Assembly (NCBI GenBank): GCA_012295275.1
Contig: CM022670.1
Location: 7,812,001-7,876,000 of the forward strand
Direction of reading: 5' to 3'
From: Chrysomallon squamiferum
Lineage: Eukaryota > Animalia > Mollusca
Length of the DNA: 64,000 nt
Shown piece by piece: positions 13,093-37,937 of this stretch. The position numbers and the translations under genes were made by a program. Within the stretch, counting starts at the first letter, position 1. Every line of letters begins with the position of its first letter. The notes beneath the pieces were generated by a model. The model worked only from the letters and a program-made list of their open reading frames with translations. It was not told the origin of the DNA and did no database searches.

Positions 13093-15948
13093 AGTGGAAC
13101 AAATTTAAAGGCAAACAGACAGATAAATACAGTACGCATAGTTCAGGTAATAATAATACAATTATTTATGTTGTTCATGTTATGCATTTTTTTGAAAAAA
13201 TTTGATATTGTTTGTGCGGTTTACCGAAAAGTTATGAAAAGATAGGGTTCAATAGATCGAATATATTTAAGAGATAAAAGCATAAATAAATATATATATA
13301 TATATATTAAGATACACCATTATTTATGTTGTTCATGTTCTTTTTATTGTTTTTTATATTTAAATGTTATTTGTGATGTTCTTGTTTTTTTATATAAAGT
13401 ATAAATAAATATATGTTTAACATATTATTTATGTTGTTATTTTATATAAAGATAATATTATAATTGAGTATATGTTCAAGATATTTTTTATGTTGTTCCT
13501 CTTATTTTGTTTAAAGAGATAAAAATATAAATAAATATATATTTAAAGATATTATATATGTTGTTCTTGTAATTTCTTATGTGAAGATTAAAGGATAAAC
13601 AGTTCAGCCACATTTAGCGTTACACTCATTATCTTGATATAAAAATAAAGACAGGAGTTGAAATGCATGAATCAAATTACAAAATTATAAAGAATTAACA
13701 CTGATTCTACTTAATATCACTTACATATGAGTATTTGAATATTCCCAGTCTTTTTTTCTTAAACCAACTTCAATCACTCCAATATCAAAATTGCATCTGT
13801 CACCTGAACATCGATGTTGTGAAGGAGAAAATGAAAATGTTCCAGAGTTTCTGACTCTTCCGAGTGTTCTTAGTTCTCTCCATTCCGGCTGTTGAAAAAG
13901 TGATGATATTGTACTCAGAAAGATAATTAATGACTAATATCAGGTATAGATGGGCCTGTAATAATATATAACTAACATGTCCATACTTGCTAACATGTCA
14001 CTTATATGTCTACTCATGGTAACATAAAACGCATCATGGTACTATACTACGATACATTTATATCAGTGATAGATCTCCGTATGGTAATATATCACTGATA
14101 GATCTACACGCGGTAATATATCACCGATATAGCTACAAGTGGTAATGTGTTACTAATGTGTTACTAATATATCTACACGTGGTAATCTGTACTGATATAT
14201 CTACACCTGGCAATGTATCACTGATATATCTACACGTGGTAATGTATTACTGATATATCTACACGTGGTAATGTGTCACTGATATATCTACACGTGGTAA
14301 TATATCACTGATATATCTACACGTGGTAATGTATTACTGAAAGATCTACACGTGGTAATGTATCACTGAAAGATCTACACGTGGTAATGTATCACTGAAA
14401 GATCTACACGTGGTAATGTGTCACTGAAAGATCTACACGTGGTAATGTATCAGTGAAAGATCTACACGTGGTAATGTGTCACTGAAAGATATATCTACAC
14501 GTGGTAATGTTTCACTGAAATATGAAAGATCTACGTGGTAATGTATCAGTAAGATATCTACACGTGGTAATGTATCACTGAAAGATCTACACGTGGTAAT
14601 GTATCACTGAAAGATCTACACGTGGTAATGTATCACTGATAGATCTACACGTGGTAATGTATCACTGATACACGTGGTAATCTATTACTGATATATCTCC
14701 ATGTGGTAATATATCAGTGATATATCTACACGTGGTAATGTATCACTGATACACGTGGTAATCTATTACTGATATATCTCCATGTGGTAATATATCAATG
14801 ATATATCCATGTGGGTCAATATATACACGTGGTAATGTATGACTAATATATCTACACGTGGTAATGTATCACTGATACACGTGGTAATCTATTACTGATA
14901 TATCTCCATGTGGTAATGTATCACTGACATATCTACTCGTGGTAATGTATCACTGATATATCTATATGTAGCAATGTGTCACTGACGTTACATGAGGTAA
15001 TTTGATCCACTGACCTCGTTTTCCGTTTCCCTGTATCCGATTAACTTTACATATACAGACACAGTGTTATTGCTTGAAATAACACTTGGATCCCAAGTTA
15101 TGGTTAGTCTGCTTGGGTTAATATCTGTCCATTGTTGACCTTTCTTTCCTTTTTCTAATTTCACCTTGTATGGATATCTACCCATTAGTGCTGGAACAAT
15201 CATTAAAATAATTATATTCTTGAATATTACACTATATTTCATGTATTTAAAAAACAGTATGGTTATGTCAATTTCTTTTATCCCATTTTTTTTAATAACT
15301 ATTTTTAATGATAATGATGATATAATAACAGCAACAACAACAACAATCAAAATAACAAAAATAAATTGTAGATATTTTTGACATTTCACTTACCGATAGT
15401 TATTGTTGAGTTCAAGCATTTTCCGTGGACACAGAATGAAATTCGGGTTTGTCCACGTTGAGTTAGCCTGGGCACGGGACAGCGAGCGTGTGTTGAATTC
15501 ACCCTGAGTGCAGGTTTCTCTACTGTCTTACTGGAACCAAACTTGCATCTTATGTTTGCGTGTTCAGGTATAGAGAGATTTCCAGAGATATCCAGCATCC
15601 GTCCACCAAGAACAGAAGCGTAGCTCGGAGTAATCTCTAAAGCATTGCTCTCTGTAATTTGAAAACTTCAGACTAAAGTTTCTTGAGCCGCTGTTCTTTT
15701 TCTTGAAATTATTATTTATTTATTTACGTTTTCGCAAGAAAAATAGCAAACCAGACTGATATATAGAAAGAGAAGTTAACTATGTGAATGGCATAATATT
15801 TCTTTATAATTATAAATGCGTTCTTATGTTCTACAGATTTTACTAATAATAACAACAACAAATTAACAAATTAACAATAAAATAATAAAACCATTACTAC
15901 TGCTGCTACTACTGTCACTGCTATTACTACCAGCACCACAACTACTAT

Positions 15949-15980
<32 letters not shown>

Positions 15981-16097
15981 ATAATAATAATAATAATAAT
16001 AATAACTACTACTAATAATAATGATGAGAATGACGATGATGATTATTATTAATATTGCAGATGTTTTTTATCATCGTTATCTTCATCATCATCATTA

Positions 16098-16154
<57 letters not shown>

Positions 16155-16262
16155 AACAAGAGGAAGAAAGACAATTGCTATATAAATAGTGTTATAAAAA
16201 CTCTACTCACTCTGTACTGACTGCACAACGGTTAAAAACACTCCTATCAGAATGAGGAACAT
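7925..16262 (-). CDS. Copy C: NIDO-less, Sushi-less Mesh/SUSD2-like paralog (SP-IPT-AMOP-VWD) with a putative GPI-anchor signal, 13 exons, about 625 aa
   Basis: Exons, total 1878 nt with an open frame: 16262-16211 ([17 protein letters not shown]), 15651-15394, 15190-15015, 13888-13725, 12590-12303, 12025-11775, 11399-11286, 11056-10883, 10703-10558, 10395-10308, 9619-9557, 8799-8779 (21-nt microexon), 8007-7925 ([27 protein letters not shown]). The last two exons are inferred from strong splice sites and phase, not from homology, and are less certain. Confidence 0.83.
8035..8660. repeat. Compound (CA)n/(TA)n/(GATA)n microsatellite with a short higher-order tandem repeat at about 8130-8340
   Basis: Direct inspection; CACATATAAATGTAGACATA occurs three times. 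Confidence 0.9.
14070..14985. repeat. About 29-bp minisatellite (GATATATCTACACGTGGTAATGTATCACT) in an intron of copy C
   Basis: About 30 tandem units; about 20 contain an intact CACGTG. Confidence 0.95.
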
Positions 16263-16657
16263 TTCGTGCTGAACAGTATCTGCACGACAAACACAATAAT
16301 CAGTTTAGTTTTACATGTTACATATATATGTGTGTGTGTGATAAGGAAGTTCTACTAAACACTTCACAGTCATGTTTTACCACTCAAAGATTGAAAGTGA
16401 ATGGGTTTTTTTGTTGTTGTCTTTCTTCGTTGATGGTGTTGTTGTTGTTTTTTAATAATATCAACAAATGGTGCCTTATTAAGAGATAATTGTATTCCAA
16501 TGTGTTTACAGTATATTTTGTAACGCAACCTCTTTTTTTTTTTTTTTTTTTTTTTTTCTTTTTTTCAAATAAACATCAGCAAAAGGGCCTTATCTCGAGG
16601 TGATTGTATTCCAGTCTGTTTAGAGTACATTTTATAACACATCATTATATCTATCTA

Positions 16658-16690
<33 letters not shown>

Positions 16691-16727
16691 ACACATATAT
16701 ACACTCATACACACATATATATATATA

Positions 16728-16759
<32 letters not shown>

Positions 16760-16854
16760 AATGTATATATGTGTGTGTATAGACACACACACACACATAC
16801 ATACACATACATAAATATGTACATTTTGTTTTGCCTGAAACGTAATTAATTTTA

Positions 16855-16964
<110 letters not shown>

Positions 16965-17362
16965 CTGTCTGTCTCTATAACTGCATGCGTAGACAAACAT
17001 ATATATACAATTGTTCAGAGACATACACTAACAACTATACACTCATATACATAAAAACAAAAATTCAATTTCAAATGGTCAAATAATAGTGATATTACAT
17101 CTATATAAGAACTGGCTACATCCGCTTTGAAATGTCGTTGCTGTGTTCAAAGGCGGATCAAGGAACTTTGTCAGTGTAGGTCAGTTTTCAAGGGTAATAT
17201 TTCTCTTTGACTTCGGTAGGAAATGTCATGATTATGGGACAAGAGGAAGTTATTATGGTGTGGGTTGGATGTAGAGCTCAGGATTACCATATTATAGTGG
17301 TATCGTTCAATTAGGATATCTAGCGCCTAAATAATTACAGGCTTAGTGATGTTTTTATTATA

Positions 17363-17415
<53 letters not shown>

Positions 17416-17419
17416 CGAG

Positions 17420-18630
17420 AGATGTATTTCTAGGTGCCTTGATTTATAAAAATAATAATGTCTTTGCTGTTCCTTTTTAAATATTTTTGACTGTTGATTT
17501 ATAAAATATTCCTTACCGTTGACTTATATTATTATTATTATCGAGAGATGTATTTCTCTCTCTCTCTTGTCCTTGTTTGACGCTGTTTTATAAAAAATTA
17601 ATAAATGATTTTGCTGTTGATTTTAAATATTTTTTGACTGTTGATTTATAAACTATTCTTTGCTGTTGATTTATAAAAGATTCTTGCTATTGATCTATAA
17701 AAGTTTCTAGTTGTGGATTTACAAGCTGGTTTTCGCTTTTGATTTTTAAAAGATTTTTGATGGGATTCGTTAAACATTTATTCCTGCTGATTTATAAAAC
17801 ATTCTTGTTGTTGATTTATAAACTAAACCCATGCTGTTGATTTATAAACCATCCTTTCTGCTGATTTCTAAAAGATTCCTGTTGCTGATTTGCAAATTAA
17901 TTTTTCTTTTGATCCTCAAAACATTACTTCCTGTTGACTTATAAAATATTCCTGGCTGTGATTTCTAAATGATTCTTGCTGCTGATTTATAAATTAATCT
18001 ATGCTGAAATCCACAACACATTTCTTCCTGCTGATTATAAAAGATTCTTACTATTGATTTATAACAGATTCCTTCTGTTCATTTTTATAAAAATATTCCT
18101 TGTTGTTTATTCATAAAATATGTTTTGTGATTTACAAAACATTCCTTTTTGCTGATTTCTCAAATTCACTCGCTCTTGATTTATAAATAAATTTTCTGTG
18201 ACTCATAAAACATTCTTTCTTGATTTATAAAGATTCGTCCTTTTCATTTATGATATTCTTGCTGATAATTTATAAAATATTCCTAACTGCTGATTTATAA
18301 AAAATATTCCTAGCGGTGATTTATAAAAAGAAATCTTTGCTATGTATTTATAAAATATTATTGCTGTGATATATAAAAGATCCTTGCTGTTCATTTATAA
18401 ATTATTTTATTGTGACTCACAAAACATTTCTTTCTGCTGATTAATATAGATTCGTGCTTTTCATCTATGAAATATTCTTGCTGTTGTTTTATAAAATATA
18501 CCTTCCTGTTGATTTATAAAATATACCTGTTTCTTGATTAATAAAAGATTTGTGGTTTTCATCTATGAAATACTCATGCTTTTGTTTTATAAAATATTCC
18601 ATGCCGGTCATTTATAAAACATTCCTGGTT
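17420..18630. repeat. Degenerate minisatellite of about 22 bp (TGCTGTTGATTTATAAAA-type), block 1
   Basis: Dozens of GATTTATAAA cores spaced about 21-24 bp apart. Confidence 0.9.
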
Positions 18631-19244
18631 GCTCCGTTTTCTTATGAAACCGACCATGTGTTTGATCAGTTATAACCGTTATATTGAAATATATTCAACA
18701 CTAATTCATGCATATGTTTTAAACTGTAATATTAATGTCCATATTATAACAGTGAACAAATTGGAAACCAAATACTTACTTGTGTTGTCTTGTCAACGTC
18801 AGAACGCGTAAATTTTTTTCCGAATATTCTAAGTTAAATGACATTTATAGCACAACAAGTTGCTGTTCTTGTTTACGCGGATCTGAATGCAGTTTAATAA
18901 GAGAAACAGCGAGTTGGATAATAAATGAATGCCTGTCGCTGAAGTAATGTTTCAAAGTACACTCAATCCTTCATTAACGAATCCGGATTGGACGGACTGC
19001 GGAAAATCCGGACAAAATCTGGGATAAATGTATACACAAATGTTATCAACTCTACCGAAATTCGGACCCGTTCGAGAGTTACCGAAGTGTTCGGAAGATA
19101 TCTCATTGAGCGTAGAATGTTTGTTTACACTGACCAAATGTGCATTCATATTCTGTATGTTCTGTGTTCTTATCTTAGAATTCCCTACTGTGCATTAACA
19201 ATAAATACAAACTAGTTGACTCTGTTATAAAAAGGGTGAATTTA

Positions 19245-19460
19245 AATTAAAGTAAATTTAGTTCTGTATTTTATTCCACACTGTTAACTTAAGTAAATTT
19301 AGTTCTGTATTTTGTTCCACATTGTTCACTAAAATAAATTTATTCTGTATATTATTTTACATCATTGTTAACTAAAGTAACTTCAGTTCTGTATATTACT
19401 CCATTTTGTTATCTAAAGTAAAATTAGTTTCTGCATATTATTCCACATTGTTAACTTTAA
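19245..19460. repeat. Second, more diverged array of the same 41-bp repeat, about 5 copies
   Basis: AAAGTAAATTTAGTTCTGTATTTTATTCCACA units in a context paralogous to 23746-24120. Confidence 0.9.
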
Positions 19461-20689
19461 TATTTGTACTATTTAAACACCCTTCGGAAGATCTGGAATT
19501 TGATTTTCCGGACAACCTTTCTCCTTATTAGTCCATTAAATGGAAGATTGACTATATTTCTAACAATATTTGAGTATATGTATATGTGTGGGTTTGTGTA
19601 TGTATGTATGTAGGTAAGTAGGTATATTTGATTGTAAGTATATTCATTTTACAAATTTAATCTCAAAGTTGAACAGTCACCTAATTTAGTAACATAAATA
19701 GTAAAATAATTATATAATAGCATGAATGACATTTTAAACAAACAACATAATTGCAACATTAATAATTCTAAATGATTATTTCCCTCTCACAGAAATAACT
19801 AAAGATTAATTCCAAAATAAATCTGTTACGTTTCACTGCACTGAAAACTAAATATCCTAGAAAGTAGATCTAAACAACTGCATAACATCTATAAGAAAAC
19901 ATATTTATTCACGCAGTGCTGATTTTGTACAGCAAATAGCTTGAAGCTGAAGAACAGATGATGTTTTTTAGTCCTTTAGAAGGGCGTTAGAATTATTTTC
20001 TATAAATAACCAGAAAGTGTTACAGTTCATGTGCCAAAATTCAGCAAACCTTTGTAATGATTCATGCTTTGATAATGGAATATTCATTGTACTTTTATAT
20101 TCTCTTATTAAATAAGAATTTAAAAAAGAAAGAAAAGAAAGTTTTTTTAAATTGTTTTCTGTTTTTGTTTTTAGTGTAATTATATATAGATATATATATT
20201 CATATCTGTATCCGTCCCTATTCGTCTGTGTGCCCGTATTTAAAGCAACAACAACATAAACAATAATACTATACTAAGTAATCTTATAAACAATGTTTAA
20301 GTATATATTTTAATAGCATAAAAAAAGGATAAGAAATAACAACACATATAAATATATTATATTTACTAAAAGATTATTCAGTAAATACCTAATAATGAAA
20401 AAAATTATAATATTCAACAAAAATGAATCATGGAATTTAATTATATTAGTACTAACAATATTACCAGCCTGGTAAAATGCAGCTAATTACAACACTATTT
20501 AGTCATAAAGTTTAAGTGTATGAGATTATCTACAAAAGAGAAATAATCTATATATTAAAGCCTGTCACGACAAAAAAAAAGGAAGAAAAAAATGGGGGTT
20601 ATAATATAAGGAATGAAAATTAATTATAAACTCTTTCTTATCAGTTGCTAGAATATAAAGTGGTTGTCTCCGAAATGTTCTCCTTATAA

Positions 20690-21160
20690 ATTATTTTTGA
20701 TTTACTCAAGAAACATTCCTTTCTGCTGATTTATAAAGATTCGTGCTGTTGATTTATGATATGTTCTTGCTGTTCATTTATAAAAAAAAAAAAAATCCGT
20801 GCTGTTGATATATCAAATATTTCGTACTGTTGATTTATAAAATATTTCGTACTGTTGATTTATGAAATATTATTCCTGTTGATTTATAAAATATTCCTTA
20901 CTGTTGATTCATAAAAGACTCTTCCTGTTGGTTTGTAAAAATAACATCTTGCTATTTATTTATGAAAGATTCTTGCTGATCATTTATAAAAGATTTTTGC
21001 TGTTGAATTATAAAGATTCTTGTTGTTAATTTATAAAGATTTTTGTTGTTCATTTATAAATTATTTTTCTGCGGCTGATAAAATATTCCTTCCTGCTAAT
21101 ATATGACATATTCTTGATGTTCATTTATAAAGAAAAAAAATCATTGCTGTGATTTTTGTG
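20690..21160. repeat. Degenerate minisatellite of about 22 bp, block 2
   Basis: Same GCTGTTGATTTATAAA motif as block 1. Confidence 0.9.
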
Positions 21161-22429
21161 AAACCTGGAACTGGCAAGCATTGTATTTTGAATATTCTAC
21201 ATGTAAGTATATATGTCTGTGCCTTTGTGTATGTATCTACGTACCTATGTATCTATGTGTGTAGATATCAATGTATGTATGTATGTATGTATGTATATTT
21301 GTGTGTGTGTATATGTATGTATGTATGTATGTGCATACGTAAACACCACCAGTTTTACAAGTTTAATCTCAAAGTTGAACAATCAGCTGAAGTTGTAAAA
21401 TAAATAGTAAAATAATTATGTAATAGCATGAATGACATTTTAAACAAACAACATAATTACAACATTAATAATTCTAAATCATTATTTCTCTCTCACAAAA
21501 ATAACTATTTTTACTTTTCCAAAATAAAGATATATGTTATGTATAAGCGTAAAAAAGATGTAGTCTGATAATTATATTCTGTCAAGTTTCACCGTATCGA
21601 AAACAAAATGTCCTAGAACGTAGACCTAAACAACTGCATAACCTCTAAGAAAACAGATTTGTTCCGCAGTGCTGATATTACTGATACAGCTTGAAGCTGA
21701 AGAATAGACGATGTTTGTTAGTCGTTTACAAGGGCGTTAGAATTCTTTTCTATAAATAACCAGAACGTGTTACAGAACGTGCCAAAATTCAGCAAATGTT
21801 TGTAATGATTCACTCTTTGATAATGGATTGTTCATTGTACTTTTGTATTCTCACATTAAATAAGAATTTAAAAAAGAAAGAAAAGAAAGATTCAAAAAAT
21901 CATTTTCTGTCGCTTTTTCTAGTATAATTATATATATATATATTCATCTCTGTGTTCGTCTCTATTTGTCTGTCCGTCCGTATTTAAAGCAATAACAACA
22001 ACAACAATACTACTATGCTAAAGATGATTAAGTAATTTTGCAAACAGTTGCAATGTTTAAATATATAGTTCTAACAGCATAGTAAAAGTGTAAGACATAA
22101 GAACTCATATACAAATATTATAATAAAATAACACACATAGATATAACATATTCCGTTATGTTTATTTAAAGAAAATTCATACGAGGTTTCATATATGGCT
22201 TTCAGGATATAACTAATAATGAGAGATTTTACAATATTCAACACAAATTAATCGTGGAATTTATTTATGTTATTACTAACAATATTACCAGCCTGGTAAC
22301 GTTCAACTGATTACAAAACTGTTTACACATAAAATATAACAGTATAAGATGATTATCTACAAAAGAGAAAATAATTTAACTGATAAATCCTGCAACGACA
22401 AAAAAATAATAATAAAAATAAACAAAAAA

Positions 22430-22478
<49 letters not shown>

Positions 22479-22579
22479 GAGGGTTATAATAATAACGAAT
22501 AAAAATTAATTACAAAACGAATAAAAATCAATTACAAACTCTTTCTTATCCGTTACTAGATAAACGTTCTTCTGATAAA

Positions 22580-23310
22580 TTATTTTTGATTTACTCATAA
22601 AACATTCCTTTCTGCTGATTTATAAAGATTTCGTGCCGTTGGTTTATGAAATGTTCTTCCTGTTCGTTTATAAAAGATTCCTTGATGCTGATATATAAAA
22701 TATTTATTACTTTTGTAAATAAAAGATTCCTTACTCTTGATTTATAAAAGTTTCTTGCTATTGATTTATAAAAAGAAATCTTGCTACTTATTTATAAAAT
22801 AGTTTCAAAGTGTTGATTTACAAATTAGTTTTCTGTGGCTCATAAAACATTTCTTCTTGCTGACATTTACAAAAAAAATCCTTGCTGCGATTTATAAAGA
22901 TCCTTGCTGTTGATTTATAAAAGATATGTTTTGGCTTCACAAAACATTCATTCCTGCTGAGTTATAAAAAATTCTTGCTGCTGATTTATAACAATTGCTG
23001 CTGTGATGCACAAAACATTCATTCCGGCTGATTTATAAAAGATTCTTGCTGTTCGTTTGCAAAAACGTTCCTTGCTGTGATTCATAAAAGATCCTTGCCG
23101 TTTATTTCAAAAACGTTTTTCTGATTCACAAAACATTCCTTTCTGCTGATTTAAAAAAGATTTTTAGCTGTTGATTTATAAATTATTTTTTTCTGACTCA
23201 TAAAACATTCCTTCCTGCTGGTTTTTAAACATTCTTGCTGTTGTTTTATAAAATATACCTTGTTGCTGATTTATAAAATATTCCATGCTGATTATTAATA
23301 AAACATTCCT
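22580..23310. repeat. Degenerate minisatellite of about 22 bp, block 3
   Basis: Same motif; the start of the block is nearly identical to the start of block 2. Confidence 0.9.
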
Positions 23311-23745
23311 AGCAGCTGCGGTTTTTTTTCTTTTTTTTTTTATGTCGCCATTATAAAACCCACAATGAATTTGATAAATAATATCCGTTTTACTGAAATA
23401 TATTGAACATTAATTAATGCGTATGTATTAAACTGGAACATTAATGTCTATATTAATACAGTGTATAAATTGGAAATACAATACTTACTTGTGTTTTGTT
23501 GCCAACTTCAGAACTCGTAGATTTTTGCGGAATGTTCTAAGTTAAATAACTTGTATGGCACAGCAAGTTGCAATTCTTATGTAATCGTACGCGTCTCTGA
23601 ATGCAGTTTAAAAATAGAAACGTTGAATTGGATAATAAATGAATTCTCTACTATTTAACACTATTTTTTATCTTTTGTACATTAACGATACTACATGATG
23701 ACGGCAAACAAACTGAAACTGTTGTAAAAAGTACGAATTTAAATT

Positions 23746-24120
23746 AAAGTAAATTCAGTTCTGTATTTTATTCCACGTTGTTAATTAAAGTAAATTCAGT
23801 TCTGTATTTTATTCCACGTTGTTAATTAAAGTAAATTCAGTTCTGTATTTTATTCCACGTTATTAACTAAAGTAAATTCAGTTCTGTATTTTATTCCACG
23901 TTGTTAATTAAAGTAAATTCAGTTCTGTTTATTATACCACGTTGTTCATTAAAGTAAATTCAGTTCTGTATGTTATTCCATGTTGTGAACTAAAGTAAAT
24001 TAAGTTCTGTATATTATTCCATGTTGTTCATTAAAGTAAATTTTGTTTCTGTGTATTATTCCACGTTGTTAACTGAAGCAAATTTACTTCTCTTTATTAT
24101 TCCACACACTTAAGGTAAAT
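23746..24120. repeat. 41-bp tandem repeat (approximately AAAGTAAATTCAGTTCTGTATTTTATTCCACGTTGTTAATT), about 9 copies
   Basis: Unit starts at 23746, 23787, 23828 and 23869, continuing with increasing divergence. Confidence 0.95.
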
Positions 24121-25896
24121 ATTTGTACTATTTAAACACGTCTGGAATTTGATTTTCCGGACAACCTAACTCGCTGTTATTCCATTAAATGGAAAATTGA
24201 CTATATTTCTAAAGTGTGTTTGTGTGTATGAATGTATGTATGTGTATATGTAAACACCGTTCATTTCATAAGTTTAATATCAAAGCTGAACAAGCAGCTG
24301 ATGTAGCAAAATAAATAGTAAAATAATGATATAACAGCATGATTGACATTTTAAGCAAACAACATAATTACAACATTAATCATTCTAAGTCGTTATTTCT
24401 CTCTCACAAAAATAACTACGATTACTTTTCCAAAATAAAGATATATGTTATGAAAAAGTGTAAACAGATGTATTCTGATATGTATATTATATTTAGTTTC
24501 AATGTACTGAAATCAAAATGTCCTTGAACGTAGACCTAAACAACTGCATAACCTCCAAGAAAACATATTTGTTCCGCAGTGCTGTTATTGATACAGGAAA
24601 AAGCTTGAAGCTGAAGATGTTTGTTAGTCGTTTGGAGGGGCGTTAGAATTCTTTTCTATAAGTAGCCAGAAATGGTTACTGAACATGTGCCAAAATTCAG
24701 CAGATTTTTGTACTGATTCACTCTTTGATAATGGAACTTTCACTGTACTTTTGTATTCTCACATTAAGTAAGAATTTAAAAAAGAAAGATAAGAGAGATT
24801 TAAAAAAATATTTTCTGTCGCTTCTTCTTGTATAATATTCATGTTTATCCATACCTCTGTGTGTCCGTCTCTATTCGTCTTTCTGTCCGTATTAAAACAA
24901 ATAACAATAATACTATGCTAATACAGTGATGATGAAGTAGTTTTTGAAACAGCTGGAATGTTTATATATATATATATATATAGATGTACATGTATTATAG
25001 CGTAATAAAGGATAAGAAATAACAACATATATAAAAAATATTATAATAAAATAAAACACAAGTATATAACATTTTCCATTATGTTTATTTAAAGAAAATT
25101 CATACGAGGTTTCATATATGACTTTCAGGAAATACCTAATAATGAGAAAAATTATAATATTCAACAAAAATTAATCATGGAATTTAATAGTGTTATTACT
25201 AACAATATTACCAGCCTGGAAAAGTGTAACTAATTGAAACACTTTTAGAGATAAACTATAAGTATATAAAATCATTATTTGCAAAAAGAAAATAATCTAA
25301 CTATAAAAGCCTGTTACGGAAATTTTTTAAAGAAATGTGGGTTATAATTTAATGAATGAAAATTAATTACTAACACTTTCTCCTCCATTGCTACCGTTTG
25401 TTTACGAAACGTTCTCCTGATTAGTTGTAACATCCGCTACTACACAACAACGACTACTGAAGAAAGATTCAGATGCGCAGTGTAAGTGCTTTACTATCTC
25501 CAAGTCGATGTATCGTATAGACTATGCTATCAATTACAAGATGACTGTTAACGTCCGCGATTAAACTATGTGTCTATTCTCTAACGTAATTTAACTTCTG
25601 AATCTTGCATAAGCCTGCTTCACATAGTCACAAACTTTATTTAAATATTCTCTCTGTAGACTATAGGTTCAGAACCGATAACAGAGAATGCTATATAATT
25701 TCAGATTGTGAAAATGTGGAAGATGATTAATTATCTTTGTTCAGATATTTTGAAACGGTATCTGAAGAGGATGTTTTTGGCCCAGATCGTAGCTATATCA
25801 GGATGTATGGCACAGTCTTCAAACACTATTTAAAAGAAAAAAACAAAGTGAAAAGAGTTCGTCTAAACGTGGCAACGTCTTTTAAGGTTTTTTACA

Positions 25897-37395
<11,499 letters not shown>

Positions 37396-37510
37396 CGTGC
37401 AAGAAAAGCGAAACGAAAGCAGGACTTGAGTCAACGAGACGCTATCCCTGGACACGTTAACCCACCGCGTTGTGTCAGAGTGAAGCGTCCACGCCTAACA
37501 ACAAGCAGTA

Positions 37511-37521
37511 CCTATAAATAA
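37511..37521 (-). promoter_or_regulatory. Possible TATA-like element of copy B
   Basis: TATTTATAGG on the minus strand about 120 nt upstream of the ATG, within a locally GC-richer segment. Confidence 0.3.
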
Positions 37522-37588
37522 CACAGCGGATCAGTCTACGTTCAAAACACGCTGCAGTTAGCTTCACTTTACTGAGAGGTTTTGTTGG

Positions 37589-37629
<41 letters not shown>

Positions 37630-37893
37630 ATTATTATTATTATTATGTCTCTTTACTTTGTTGTTGTTATTGGTGTTGCAATTGTCTTTTTTGATTTCAG
37701 GATTTTTGGTATTGAGATTATTATTTTTTTTTTTTTTTTTTACTGGTAGTTTCGATTTAAATTTTCGTTTTTCTACAAATTAATGTAATTTGATAGGATG
37801 CTCTGTTTATAAATTAATTAATTAATTAACTTTTTTATAAATTAGTGAAATAATGAATGTACGGATAAATGAAATGAACAAATAAATTAAACA

Positions 37894-37937
<44 letters not shown>

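Larger units (their letters stand above)
19490..25420. repeat. Three direct copies of a non-coding unit of about 1.1-1.3 kb (about 19490-20680, 21350-22580, 24140-25420), with a fourth copy at about 4080-6100
   Basis: Shared landmarks, with minor variants, in the same order in all four copies: TTTAATCTCAAAGTTGAAC, GAACGTAGACCT, AGCTTGAAGCTGAAGA, AAAATTCAGCA, ATTACCAGCCTGG. Confidence 0.9.

Noticed and set aside
18640-18930. Minus-strand donor-like CACAA|GTAAGT in block X (repeated near 23485) as a 5' non-coding exon of copy C
   Set aside because: The block is absent upstream of the close paralog D and there is no further support.
18950-19180. GC-richer insertion with short ORFs and a MITE-like start
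   Set aside because: No matching second TIR or recognisable protein was seen; probably a decayed transposon fragment that I cannot classify.
23746-24120. 41-bp and 29-bp repeats as CRISPR-like arrays
   Set aside because: They are head-to-tail repeats without unique spacers, no cas genes are present, and the context is eukaryotic.
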